This document shows positions 26,644 to 36,467 of a stretch of DNA of 64,000 nucleotides, piece after piece. The DNA lies in assembly GCA_903854195.1 (NCBI GenBank), contig CAINVO010000029.1:2557-66556 (forward strand), given 5' to 3'. Position numbers and translations under genes: made by a program. Each line of letters opens with the position of its first letter. Positions within the stretch are counted from its first letter, which is position 1. The notes below the pieces were generated by a model. It ran no database searches, was not told the DNA's origin, and was given only the letters and a program-made list of their open reading frames with translations. This DNA comes from an uncultured bacterium (lineage in GTDB: Bacteria; Patescibacteriota; Minisyncoccia; Phycocordibacterales; CAINVO01).

Positions 26644-27879
26644 TTATTTTGTAAAAATTAAACTTTCAAGACTTTTTTCAATATTTTTGGTCACAATATC
26701 GCTATAATTTTTAAAGAAATAATTACATGAAGCAGCTATAGGATCACCTGAATATACCCCACAACCATTTGAAGTGTGCACCAAATACCCAATAGTTATA
26801 TAGTTCCCCTTTTGGTGAGTTGTATAATAATAATTAGTATATAACTGACTCATCCCAGCATCAGAAGAAGACGATAAACAGAAGTTAACATTATTTAATG
26901 TGACACTTGAATTTTTTTCAGGCATCGGAGCATTAGGAGAAACGTAACAGCCATTTGTTCCAATACTTGTACTTGTTGAAGTTGTAAAAACTTCTGGGGT
27001 ACCACTTTGGCCATAGTTTAAGCTGGCCATATCACTATAAAACTTGTTGGGATATTGAAACGAAAAACCAACATTAGAATCAACGTAAGTTTTCCATAAT
27101 TCAGAAGATGCTTGTTTTGTTTGTGTAAATGAATTTAATTCCTGCTGTACGATTTTGTTTTGACCATCAAAACTGATAGGTGTAGCAACGGATGGATCTG
27201 TAGCCAAAATAGTATTTGTCAAAAAGTTAGCATCGAATACTCCAATATTATTTACCACCACAAAGTTATCAGCACTCAAAGGAACAATTTCACCACGCCC
27301 ATATGTACTATCTTGCCCAGATGAACCAAAAATATGAAGACCTCCCATTGTATTGACCGAAACATTAGCTGTAGTTGACGCAGACAATTTGCCATTTGAG
27401 TCATACCCTGAGGTCATCCAAGTATGAGTTTTTGAATTAAAAAAATATGTTTGATTAGGTGAGATACCAAAAGTATCGGTAATTATCATTGATGATGAAT
27501 GAACTTTCTGTATGTATATTTCTGGTTTTGTGTTTCCTTTTGTGTCTTTCTCACCAAGAACTAAAATTGACATGACCTTTCCTGTTTGAATATTCGAATC
27601 TGTATCAGTACTTGGAGAAATTTCTGAAACCTGCCAATCACTTGGATACCAGAAAGAAAATCCAAAATCTGCATCAGTATACTGCTTTGCACTTGAAGTT
27701 GATGCAATTGTTGATGTTTGATTCTGTTGATCTGTACTAGTACCACTTGCAACGTCCTGATTTGTGATTGGAATAGAGGAATTACTTATATTATAAAAAT
27801 ACACGATTCCAATAATTACAAACAACACTACAATAATACTTACTAGAATTCCGACAAAACCTTTTTGTGATTTTTTCAT
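26644..27879 (-). CDS. Prepilin-like (class III signal) surface protein with a large Ser/Thr-rich extracellular domain
   Basis: N-terminus MKKSQKGF + hydrophobic helix (type IV pilin-like leader, no Glu+5); 411 aa. Confidence 0.55.
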   Translation of the reverse strand: MKKSQKGFVGILVSIIVVLFVIIGIVYFYNISNSSIPITNQDVASGTSTDQQNQTSTIASTSSAKQYTDADFGFSFWYPSDWQVSEISPSTDTDSNIQTGKVMSILVLGEKDTKGNTKPEIYIQKVHSSSMIITDTFGISPNQTYFFNSKTHTWMTSGYDSNGKLSASTTANVSVNTMGGLHIFGSSGQDSTYGRGEIVPLSADNFVVVNNIGVFDANFLTNTILATDPSVATPISFDGQNKIVQQELNSFTQTKQASSELWKTYVDSNVGFSFQYPNKFYSDMASLNYGQSGTPEVFTTSTSTSIGTNGCYVSPNAPMPEKNSSVTLNNVNFCLSSSSDAGMSQLYTNYYYTTHQKGNYITIGYLVHTSNGCGVYSGDPIAASCNYFFKNYSDIVTKNIEKSLESLIFTK

Positions 27880-27897
27880 ATATGTTAAGATAATACC

Positions 27898-28230
27898 ATG
27901 TTTATTTTTACAATTATTCCTTACTGGGTATGGATAAGTCTTTCAGCTATCTTCTTTGGAATTGGGGAATTTCTATCTAAAAAATTTGCAATGAATCCTG
28001 GCTGGGCATTATTTTCAATTTTTATTCTAGTAGACATTCTAAGCGCTGTTGCCTGGCTCCCGGCAATTTTTGAAAAGAATCAATTATCAATTACTGGGGT
28101 CATTTGGTCTATTGTTTCTTTGATGGCTACAGTAGCTATTGGTGTACTTGCTTTCAATGAAGAACTGACACTGACGCAATGCATTGGCTTAGCAACAGGC
28201 CTTGTATCTGTAGTTCTACTCAGCAGATAG
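27898..28230 (+). CDS. Small 4-TM membrane protein (SMR/DMT-superfamily-like)
   Basis: 110 aa, four helices, conserved Glu in TM1 (GIGEFLSKK). Confidence 0.45.
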   Translation: MFIFTIIPYWVWISLSAIFFGIGEFLSKKFAMNPGWALFSIFILVDILSAVAWLPAIFEKNQLSITGVIWSIVSLMATVAIGVLAFNEELTLTQCIGLATGLVSVVLLSR

Positions 28231-28244
28231 TTATAGTAATTTTT

Positions 28245-29240
28245 TTATAATTGTATTTGACTAGCCAATACTACAAATGTGACCACGTTACTTGTTCCGT
28301 TCAGATTTCTGACTGCTATGGTATTAACACCAGGGCTTATTATTCTCATGTACATGGCACACATCATTCCTGGTTGGCAATCTGCACCAACAGAACCTGG
28401 AACAGAAAACGACAAACTAGTCCCATTATTTGAGGATGAAACATTATTTACTGGACCACCAGAGAAAAGTACTGTGTTTGTTTGTTGAAAACCTGATCCG
28501 TAAATAGTTACCTGACTACCAATTCCTCCTGATGTTGGAGATACTGAATTTATTGCTGGAACCTGACTATTTACACTACCGTTTACATTTATACTTGCAC
28601 TTGTTTGAGCGCTCTGACCATTACTTCCACGTACAGTGAATGTTGGTGTAAACACACCTACTGAATGATACGCATGAGTGAATGTTGATGTTTGGTTGTA
28701 TATTTGTTGAGCTGTTACTGAATATGCCCCCATCATATTGCTATAAACTTCATCACCCCAAACAACACCATAACTCAACCCTCCTCCAGTAACGTCTGTT
28801 GCATGAACTGTCCACGTACCGCTTTGATCAACGTTTAAAGTAGTAGGACTATCTAGACCATTAATAACTGGTTGGTTCTGATTATTTTGATTAACAACGC
28901 AACCTATACCAACAATCAAAGCTCTAGTTTGAGGACCTACATATCCGGCTGAATAAAGATTGTTTTCTCTCTGAAATCTTTGCACTGCAGACAAAGTCAT
29001 TGAACCAAAATATCCAGTAGGTCCAACAGATAAATACCCCTTTCCATTTAAATACGCCTGCAAACGGCTAACTTCACCGTTCGTGTAGCCATCTCGGCTA
29101 CCATAACGCATATTATAGTTTAGAGTAACGCAGCCATATGGCTGAACATTATCTGCAGACACCAAAGAAAAACCGCCAGAAATAAAGGAAACCGCCATCA
29201 AACCGAAACAAAAAACACCTGAGATTATATATCTTTTCAT
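28245..29240 (-). CDS. Secreted protein with peptidoglycan-binding domain (PG_binding_1) and C-terminal IPT/TIG domain
   Basis: Signal peptide; GEVSRLQAYLNGKGYL..GYFGSMTLSAVQRFQ (PGBD); VPAINSVSPTSGGIGSQVTIYGSGF (IPT/TIG). Confidence 0.65.
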   Translation of the reverse strand: MKRYIISGVFCFGLMAVSFISGGFSLVSADNVQPYGCVTLNYNMRYGSRDGYTNGEVSRLQAYLNGKGYLSVGPTGYFGSMTLSAVQRFQRENNLYSAGYVGPQTRALIVGIGCVVNQNNQNQPVINGLDSPTTLNVDQSGTWTVHATDVTGGGLSYGVVWGDEVYSNMMGAYSVTAQQIYNQTSTFTHAYHSVGVFTPTFTVRGSNGQSAQTSASINVNGSVNSQVPAINSVSPTSGGIGSQVTIYGSGFQQTNTVLFSGGPVNNVSSSNNGTSLSFSVPGSVGADCQPGMMCAMYMRIISPGVNTIAVRNLNGTSNVVTFVVLASQIQL

Positions 29241-29294
29241 ACACCTAGAGACGTACAGAAATGATCACTATTACAGCGGTATTTAATTTAAAAA

Positions 29295-30995
29295 TTATTT
29301 CTTCATAACCAAACGGACCAAACGAATATCCAAATATGTAAATTTTGAGCCAAGCTTATTTTTTACAGGTGCAAGAAAGAAAACTTTTGAAGAAAGATTC
29401 TTCAATTCTCTTAACGCAGATTCTATTTTTTGTCGCTTAACTGATGAAATATGAGATGCAAGATATTCAACATCAATAGATGGATCTTCCTCTATGAGTT
29501 TTTCAATATGACTGACAACAGTTTCTGGAGTTAAATCTCTTTTTTCAGCAATTCTAGTAAGCGGAGTTTTTGAAACAACATACTCCAAAGTAACATCGAG
29601 AGTTGAAAGTTTTTTAGCCTTTTCGACAACCCCAGTAATTTTATTTATTATTTTCTTTCCACCATTTGCACCAACGACGCCCCCATTTCTAATCAAGAAA
29701 TCTTCCTGTGTTCTGTGAATAGCTTCTATGGATGTTTCAGCCAAAGCATTTTTAGCAGATTCGGAAAGACTCCGGAGCTTTTGATCAAACTCCAAGACTT
29801 CTTCATTCACCTGTAGTGCCATTTGATTAAAACCAAGCAAAGACAAACCAGCAAGGGTACGCACACGTGAAAGAGCAACGTACCCCATCCCTTTTTCAAA
29901 AGATCTAGATAAATCAACCTCTACAGCATCCAAACTCATTCCCTGACTTTTGTGTACTGTGATCGCCCAAGCAAGTCTCAAAGGATACTGAATAATTTCT
30001 GCTTTTACATTTCCTTCATCTTCAATGCGCCAACTCGCTTTTGCAATTGAAAGAATTTTTCCTGTTGCTGTTCGTATCACCGGATCCTCATTTTGCTTAC
30101 ATGAGATCACTACTCCTGAAGTCCCGTTTACAAACCCTGCTTCATAATTATTTTTTACACACATAACCCTGGCGCCGACTTTTAATTGTAAAAGTGTGGG
30201 CGCCAGACACGTTTTTTTTATCAAATCAACATACTGCTGTTTTCCGCGACTAGCCATTTCATAAGTTGTCACATCCCCGCCTATTTTATCAAGAGACTCG
30301 GCATTCACTTTATCAACATCAATATTATGAGTATATAGTCGCGTCGGCTCAATATCCATTTCCACTTTTTTCTGATAACGCTCTTCTAGAAAAGAACCTA
30401 TGTCCGAATCTAAATCATTAGAACGAATAGCGTTAAGAACCGTCAAAAAATTATCATCAGTCTGTCTATACTGAGTAGTGAGATAGCATATTGCAAACTC
30501 GGAGTCTTCCCAAGCTTTTGATCTAAAAACAAAAAAAGCTTTTGGCTCCCCCATGCGGGAAACTGGCGGCAACTGAAAAAAATCACCGACAAGCACAACT
30601 TGTATTCCCCCAAAAGGTTTGGTAGAACGTCTAAAATTTTTCAATATCTTATCAATCAAATCCAATCGAAAATGGTGAAGCATAGACACTTCGTCAATTA
30701 TCAAAACTTTTACCCTTTCAAAACGTTTCCAAAGATACTGTCTACCCTCTAAATAGTCTATATCCTTTTCTGACAACGTATCGCGAATACCAAGCCCTGA
30801 CCATGAATGAATAGTCACTCCCCCCATATGAGTAGCGGCAATACCAGTAGATGCAGTAACGGCCACTTCAACGTCATTTTCATGTAAGTAGGAAATATAA
30901 CGATTTACCAAGTGTGTTTTACCTGATCCAGCGGATCCTGTAATAAAAACATTGATGCCTGTCTTTAAGATTTCGAATGCTTCGTCTTGATTCAT
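29295..30995 (-). CDS. PIF1/RecD-family ATP-dependent DNA helicase with C-terminal HTH-like region
   Basis: Walker A GSAGSGKTH, motif II LIIDEVSM, QLPPV motif, 566 aa. Confidence 0.8.
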   Translation of the reverse strand: MNQDEAFEILKTGINVFITGSAGSGKTHLVNRYISYLHENDVEVAVTASTGIAATHMGGVTIHSWSGLGIRDTLSEKDIDYLEGRQYLWKRFERVKVLIIDEVSMLHHFRLDLIDKILKNFRRSTKPFGGIQVVLVGDFFQLPPVSRMGEPKAFFVFRSKAWEDSEFAICYLTTQYRQTDDNFLTVLNAIRSNDLDSDIGSFLEERYQKKVEMDIEPTRLYTHNIDVDKVNAESLDKIGGDVTTYEMASRGKQQYVDLIKKTCLAPTLLQLKVGARVMCVKNNYEAGFVNGTSGVVISCKQNEDPVIRTATGKILSIAKASWRIEDEGNVKAEIIQYPLRLAWAITVHKSQGMSLDAVEVDLSRSFEKGMGYVALSRVRTLAGLSLLGFNQMALQVNEEVLEFDQKLRSLSESAKNALAETSIEAIHRTQEDFLIRNGGVVGANGGKKIINKITGVVEKAKKLSTLDVTLEYVVSKTPLTRIAEKRDLTPETVVSHIEKLIEEDPSIDVEYLASHISSVKRQKIESALRELKNLSSKVFFLAPVKNKLGSKFTYLDIRLVRLVMKK

Positions 30996-31118
30996 TGGGA
31001 GTGATTATACTACATACCCCAATGAAATAAATATGATCAATATATGGTATTAACGCTTAGGTGGATAACCGAGGTATAATTGTGTCTGTTACTATATTTA
31101 ATAATTAAAATAAAAAAC

Positions 31119-31427
31119 ATGTCAAAAAAAATTATAATATCGATAATAATTGCGCTATTGGTAATAGTTGGTGCTGTCTGGTATTTTAGTCAGCCTGCAA
31201 ATCCTTTAACACCAGATACTTCGGATCTATCAGCCTCAAGTTCTCAACAAATAGATCAAAATAGTGACACCAGTTCAACCACCCCCACAAACGAAACATC
31301 AGTTTCAAACACAAGCAACACAGACGTTTCAATTAATCAGGATTTAAATGGAGTTGATACACAACTCAATGCACTAGGTACTGATAATGCAACAACAGAC
31401 AAAGGTCTAAACAACCCAAATCAATAA
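31119..31427 (+). CDS. Small membrane-anchored Ser/Thr/Asn-rich protein
   Basis: MSKKIIISIIIALLVIVGAVWYF anchor followed by a low-complexity tail. Confidence 0.4.
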   Translation: MSKKIIISIIIALLVIVGAVWYFSQPANPLTPDTSDLSASSSQQIDQNSDTSSTTPTNETSVSNTSNTDVSINQDLNGVDTQLNALGTDNATTDKGLNNPNQ

Positions 31428-31452
31428 ACAATAATTTTAAAAAATAAAATAT

Positions 31453-32268
31453 ATGAATACTAAAAAAATTACCACAGCCCTTATTACCATTGCTACTAGT
31501 GCATCTTTACTAGCTGGTGTAGCAATTGTACCAACTACCTATGCTGATTCTACAAGTACAGCCAACACAGCAGGTCTAAAATCAGGCGCAAACGCCGCTG
31601 CCCGACTAGCAAAAATAATTGCAAGAAGTGATACAGCAATCACCGCACGGATTGCAGACCTAAACAAACTAAACACAAGAGTTCAGGGATTAAAAAATGT
31701 ATCTTCAACCGAAAAAACAAATATCTCCAATGATGTCCAGACTAACATCTCGGGGCTTACATCATTAAAAGCAAAAATTGATGCAGACACTGATGCAACA
31801 GCAGCACTTAATGACGAAAAAACAATAACAGGTAGTTTCAGAATTTACGCATTGGTAGTTCCTCAAGGTTCCATTTTGGCATCAGTAGATAGAGTAAATA
31901 CAATAGTTGACCTAATGACACCTATTGGATCAAAGATTCAATCACGGATCACAGCTGACCAAACTGCAGGAAAAGATGTATCAGCTCTACAAACACTACT
32001 ATCAGATTTTAATTCAAAAATAGCTGACGCAAAAATCCAAGCAGTAGCAGCTCAATCTGGTGTTGTATCCCTAGTTCCAGACCAGGGCAACAAAACAACA
32101 CTTGCTTCAAACACAGCAGCTCTAAAGGCAGCAAGAGCAAACATCAAGACAGCCACAAATGATTTACAAACTGCACGACAAGATGCAAAAAAAATCACAC
32201 AAAGCTTAAAGACTATGGACAAACAGTCTTCAACAAGCTCATCCGCTTCATCTACAGTTAGCCAGTAG
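31453..32268 (+). CDS. Secreted coiled-coil / alanine-rich protein, unknown function
   Basis: Signal peptide (..TTYADS), heptad-like Ala/Thr/Lys-rich repeats, 271 aa; followed by a terminator. Confidence 0.45.
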   Translation: MNTKKITTALITIATSASLLAGVAIVPTTYADSTSTANTAGLKSGANAAARLAKIIARSDTAITARIADLNKLNTRVQGLKNVSSTEKTNISNDVQTNISGLTSLKAKIDADTDATAALNDEKTITGSFRIYALVVPQGSILASVDRVNTIVDLMTPIGSKIQSRITADQTAGKDVSALQTLLSDFNSKIADAKIQAVAAQSGVVSLVPDQGNKTTLASNTAALKAARANIKTATNDLQTARQDAKKITQSLKTMDKQSSTSSSASSTVSQ

Positions 32269-32299
32269 GTTTGTAGTATTTCAAAAAAATTATTTAATT

Positions 32300-32331
32300 T
32301 AAAAAAACACCCCTTGCGGGGTGTTTTTTTA
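32300..32331. terminator. Intrinsic terminator (bidirectional)
   Basis: aaaaaaa-CACCCCttgcGGGGTG-ttttttt. Confidence 0.75.
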
Positions 32332-32347
32332 ATATATAAATACAAAT

Positions 32348-32656
32348 TTATTTTACATTTGAAACTTCCTTAACATTCTCAATTTCAGAATTGTCTGTAC
32401 ACCTAAGTGGATTACTTCCTGGCGCAGGAACACTAATAGTATACAAATATCCAGTATTACATCTGTACAAATAGCAATGCGACGGAACTGTTGCAGAACA
32501 AAAAACTTCTTCTGTCTTTTTCCCTGAGACAGCTTGCTGAATTGACGTTTGGTCGCTTGTCGACATGTATCCTATTTTCTCGTTTGACTTAAAGTAAAAG
32601 AAACCTGCAGAAACCAAAACAACCACAATCGCACCGATAGCAATATTTTTTTTCAT
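32348..32656 (-). CDS. Small secreted Cys-containing protein
   Basis: 102 aa, signal anchor, 6 Cys in the C-terminal half. Confidence 0.4.
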   Translation of the reverse strand: MKKNIAIGAIVVVLVSAGFFYFKSNEKIGYMSTSDQTSIQQAVSGKKTEEVFCSATVPSHCYLYRCNTGYLYTISVPAPGSNPLRCTDNSEIENVKEVSNVK

Positions 32657-32764
32657 TTGCTAATTGTACCAAAGTTTTAAATACAAAAACTGTTTATAAG
32701 GTTGAATAGTGCAAACATTATCACAACAAGGCCAGCTGTCTTAAAAAATACTACAGATTTTAAA

Positions 32765-33343
32765 CTATTGTTTAATCATAAAATCCAACTTATTACTAAT
32801 CACACTCCAAGGTTTAACATAAACCTTATATAGACCTGGTCTCATACCCACATATGATGAACAAGGTAACCCTGACTCACCCAAAGATTTCGTACACAAC
32901 TGATTGGGTAAGGTTATCGTAAGGGTTGTGGCACCAGCTGGAACATAACTGTTAGTTTCAATCACCCCAGATTGCCCTGTTTCATTTTCAAACCAAATGG
33001 CTGTTCCACCTTCAAATCCATTAAGGTAAATACCTTTAATTGTAAGAACTGTTCCTTGGTGGTCAGTCTGCTTAGGATTTATGGAATATATTTTTGGAAT
33101 TTTTGTTCCATCATTTACGAAAGAGTCTTTGGTGCTGGTAGCTATTGGGGCGACTTCACTTGAAGTACCAATCGACACACTCGTATCACTCTGAGCATTG
33201 TTTAATGAGTTAACATCCTGAGTATTTTTAATCTCAGGTTTTTTGTTATTTTGTAAATAAAGATACAAAATGAAACTGGCAATTAGAACTACAATTACAG
33301 TAATTAAAAATGGAACAATAAATCCTCTTTGTGATTTTTTCAT
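32765..33343 (-). CDS. Prepilin-like (class III signal) protein with IPT/TIG-like beta-sandwich domain
   Basis: N-terminus MKKSQRGFIVPFLITVIVVLI; C-terminal GTVLTIKGIYLNGFEGGTAIWFEN. Confidence 0.5.
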   Translation of the reverse strand: MKKSQRGFIVPFLITVIVVLIASFILYLYLQNNKKPEIKNTQDVNSLNNAQSDTSVSIGTSSEVAPIATSTKDSFVNDGTKIPKIYSINPKQTDHQGTVLTIKGIYLNGFEGGTAIWFENETGQSGVIETNSYVPAGATTLTITLPNQLCTKSLGESGLPCSSYVGMRPGLYKVYVKPWSVISNKLDFMIKQ

Positions 33344-33503
33344 ATTCTTTTAATTATATAATAAATTTATCAAACCTAAAGTAAAAATAATATATTGAGA
33401 CACCTCAACTGGTGGACTACTCGGTTTCAGTACTAAGGTAGTGAGACACTATATGGGGTTTTTAGTGCAATTTCAGGGCCTTGCTCAAGGTTCTCGGGTC
33501 GGA

Positions 33504-34097
33504 CTATAATTTTCGGAAAATGAAGTTCAGATAATTCTTTGAGCGTGGTTTAAAAGTTTCGAAATACACAAGTTCAAAACCATGATTTTTACATAAGCCT
33601 ACAACTTCATCTTTCTGATAGAAACTAAACCAGCGAGGCATATCAATCCCTGAACTTTCTTTATATTCTTCGGTGTCACCCTCAATGAGGCCAAGAGCAA
33701 AGATCCCAGAATAGTTGAGAACGCGAGAAATTTCCTTGAGAGAAATAGTAAAAGATTTCTTAGGAATATGGAGAAGTGCTGTATATGACCATACACCATC
33801 AAATGACTCGTTTTCAAATGGCAGGCTATCAAACCCTGCAAGGATAGATTTGAGACCTCTTTCGGAAGAGAGTTTCACCATCGCTTCCGAGGCATCTACA
33901 CAAAAGACTTCCTTTCCAGATTGTTGAAGCAATAATCCGTCTCTACCTGGACCACTCCCAGCATCGATTATTTTCTTACCAGACAATTCGATGAATTTAT
34001 CTAAGAACGCACGAGGAAAACGCTCCCAGAAATCGATGGTTTCGTCGTCATACTCCTTCGCCATTTTGTTGTACGTGTCGATTGTTTGTTGATCCAT
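33504..34097 (-). CDS. Class I SAM-dependent methyltransferase
   Basis: Motif I IIDAGSGPGRDG, 197 aa. Confidence 0.7.
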   Translation of the reverse strand: MDQQTIDTYNKMAKEYDDETIDFWERFPRAFLDKFIELSGKKIIDAGSGPGRDGLLLQQSGKEVFCVDASEAMVKLSSERGLKSILAGFDSLPFENESFDGVWSYTALLHIPKKSFTISLKEISRVLNYSGIFALGLIEGDTEEYKESSGIDMPRWFSFYQKDEVVGLCKNHGFELVYFETFKPRSKNYLNFIFRKL

Positions 34098-34186
34098 GAT
34101 TGATGATTTTAACTTATATTTTCGGATTCAGGTAATTGAGCCGCTATACTTAGCAAGTCTTCGGTCATACCGATATTAAGTTTTAT

Positions 34187-34276
34187 TGGCGGAGGAGGTG
34201 GGATTTGAACCCACGAGAAGCTTTCGCCCCTGCCGATGTTCGAGATCGGTGCTTTCAACCACTCAGCCACTCCTCC
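34187..34276 (-). tRNA. tRNA-Ser (CGA), type II, CCA encoded
   Basis: Reverse complement folds: acceptor GGAGGAG/CTCCTCC, anticodon loop CTCGAAC, long variable arm, T-loop TTCAAAT. Confidence 0.8.
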
Positions 34277-34377
34277 ATAATCTAATTAGCCTCATGAATA
34301 TAGCAGTTTTTTGCCTTTTTTACAAAAAATGTTATAGTACTTGAGTTATTTTTGGACAGTCAGATATTTAATTTTAT

Positions 34378-34449
34378 GGCCCTATCGTCTATCGGTTAGG
34401 ACATCGCCTTTTCAAGGCGAGAAGCAGAGTTCGACTCTCTGTAGGGTCA
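34378..34449 (+). tRNA. tRNA-Glu (TTC)
   Basis: Acceptor GGCCCTA/TAGGGTC, anticodon loop TTTTCAA, T-loop TTCGACT. Confidence 0.8.
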
Positions 34450-34493
34450 CAAATTTTAGCCAAATACAGTAATAGGAGTATACTTATCTGTAT

Positions 34494-34694
34494 ATGAACG
34501 AAGACAAAGAAAATAAAGATTCTTGCCGGAATAGTAGGCGTCATTTTCATGGGAGAGTATTCCCAGGCATTTGGCTTATTGTTATTGGTGGTATTTTTCT
34601 TTTAAATAATTTTGGATATTTACAAGGGGAAGCTTGGGGAAAGTTATGGCCCATATTTATTATCATCCCGGGATTATTTATGATATTTCGTTAA
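34494..34694 (+). CDS. Small 2-TM membrane protein
   Basis: 66 aa, basic N-terminus then two hydrophobic helices. Confidence 0.35.
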   Translation: MNEDKENKDSCRNSRRHFHGRVFPGIWLIVIGGIFLLNNFGYLQGEAWGKLWPIFIIIPGLFMIFR

Positions 34695-34708
34695 ATTCTT
34701 GATAGATA

Positions 34709-34963
34709 ATGAAAAAAATATTTAGCACGAAGAAAATTATTGAATTGTTTGGATGGTATGGAACGATTGCAATAATTCTTGCGTATATTCTAGTCAGTTT
34801 TTCTATTATCAGTGTGACCAATATTTGGTATCAATTACTCAACGGGACTGGGGCTTTAGGTATTATTTTTGATGCTTTTTATAAAAAAGATTATCAGCCT
34901 GGTGTACTAAACATTGTTTGGGCTAGTGTTGCTGTAATTGCTATTTTACGAATACTTTTTTAA
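34709..34963 (+). CDS. Small membrane protein
   Basis: 84 aa, 2-3 hydrophobic helices. Confidence 0.35.
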   Translation: MKKIFSTKKIIELFGWYGTIAIILAYILVSFSIISVTNIWYQLLNGTGALGIIFDAFYKKDYQPGVLNIVWASVAVIAILRILF

Positions 34964-34974
34964 TTTAAAATACT

Positions 34975-35466
34975 ATGAAAAATTCACAAAAAGGATTTGC
35001 TGTTCCCTTTTTAACTACTATAATTGTAATTCTGATTGTGAGCTTCGGTGTATATCTTTATTCACAAAGCAAAAGATCTCAACCTATCACCCCAGAGAGC
35101 ACAATCTCCACATCAACTCCCCCATCTGAATCTGACTTAAATAAATCGTTAAGTATTTCAACAACCACTTCTACAAACGTACCGGTAACTATTAACATTG
35201 ATTTATGTGACAACAATAGCCCCGGATACTGTTTTGGAAGTGGCGGACAACCAAGCAACAAAACAATGAAGGACGTTACTTTATGGTACAGAATTTCAAC
35301 AGATACCATGTATGTTATTGGGATACAAACTACTAACACTAATGGGAATGATAAATTTTATGGTGTCGACATTGATTTTAGTAATCATATATATACAAAC
35401 AAAGAGACTAATGAAATGGAAAATGTTGTGTTATCACTTTTTGCGGATAAAAAAATAAAATTATAG
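34975..35466 (+). CDS. Prepilin-like (class III signal) protein with Ser/Thr-rich linker and small C-terminal domain
   Basis: N-terminus MKNSQKGFAVPFLTTIIVILIV; 163 aa; followed by a terminator. Confidence 0.5.
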   Translation: MKNSQKGFAVPFLTTIIVILIVSFGVYLYSQSKRSQPITPESTISTSTPPSESDLNKSLSISTTTSTNVPVTINIDLCDNNSPGYCFGSGGQPSNKTMKDVTLWYRISTDTMYVIGIQTTNTNGNDKFYGVDIDFSNHIYTNKETNEMENVVLSLFADKKIKL

Positions 35467-35490
35467 TTTTTTTGTAATATTAGAATAAAT

Positions 35491-35537
35491 AAAAAACCTG
35501 TTCCGCAAAATCAATTGCAAAACAGGTTTTATTTTTA
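35491..35537 (+). terminator. Intrinsic terminator
   Basis: AAACCTGTT..ccgcaaaatcaattgca..AACAGGTTT-tatttttaaaa. Confidence 0.65.
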
Positions 35538-35577
35538 AAATCATATACCGACTTGGGTCGCTGATAACTGATAAATT

Positions 35578-36378
35578 TTATCTTTTAAACATCGACGCTC
35601 TTTGAAACATCTTGAGCGCTTTGATTGGATATTTTTTTGCCATGTGCCAATCAATTGGATCATGTGCATCACCGCTTGGACGAAGCCTCCCTTGGGCATC
35701 AAGACTGATGTCAGGAAACTCCTTTATCAGAGGTTCAGCCAGATACATCGTATCGGGGCCAAGACCTCCGGCGACAGCAATACCAAGATCTGGAAAGTTT
35801 TCTTTGATGGCACGGACGAATGGTATCATCTTGAGACCATTCATACCCAAACCTTTTCCTCCGCTTTTATCCAACAAAACGAAGTCAACAACCTCAGCAT
35901 AATCCTCTAGTCTTTCGACTAGTGCCGCCGGATCATCCCCCACCTGATCAAAGGCATCTCTGCCAACCTGAAGGATGACCTCCAAACGTTTCCTTGATCC
36001 GTGAACTGCGTTTGAGATTTCCGCGGGTTCAGGCCAAATCATATCCAGCTGTAGAGCGTTTACACCCATACCGCCATAGCCTATTGCGCGACAAAGCGTC
36101 TCGGCGAGATTTGGATTATTCTCGTAGTCAGCAAAATGAAGACAATTCATAACCCGAGGAGAATCAGAAGAAAATATTCCAGAAATCTCCTCCTTCTTAG
36201 GAAAAATCGAAGACCACTGTGTCTCCAACCCGTTCAGTGTTTTGTAGCTCATCATCACGCCGACGTGGAGCCTTCGGAACAAACCGAACCTGCGGCTGCT
36301 GTTAAAAACTTCAAGCATTTTCAGTACTTGGTCATACTTCGTAAAATCGGTAATACCGATATATGGAACTTTTGTCAT
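35578..36378 (-). CDS. TIM-barrel protein of the phosphoribosylanthranilate isomerase (TrpF/PRAI) family, GC-elevated
   Basis: N-terminal KVPYIGIT, VDFVLLDKSGGKGLGMNGLKM and IAVAGGLGPDTM match PRAI phosphate-binding motifs; 266 aa; about 50% GC. Confidence 0.5.
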   Translation of the reverse strand: MTKVPYIGITDFTKYDQVLKMLEVFNSSRRFGLFRRLHVGVMMSYKTLNGLETQWSSIFPKKEEISGIFSSDSPRVMNCLHFADYENNPNLAETLCRAIGYGGMGVNALQLDMIWPEPAEISNAVHGSRKRLEVILQVGRDAFDQVGDDPAALVERLEDYAEVVDFVLLDKSGGKGLGMNGLKMIPFVRAIKENFPDLGIAVAGGLGPDTMYLAEPLIKEFPDISLDAQGRLRPSGDAHDPIDWHMAKKYPIKALKMFQRASMFKR

Positions 36379-36467
36379 TCTAAAATCCTCCCAATATTTG
36401 AATTTACTTATCTAGAATGACATTAAAATAAGTGGCAAAGAAAGTCAAATATCCAAAATTACGGAAA

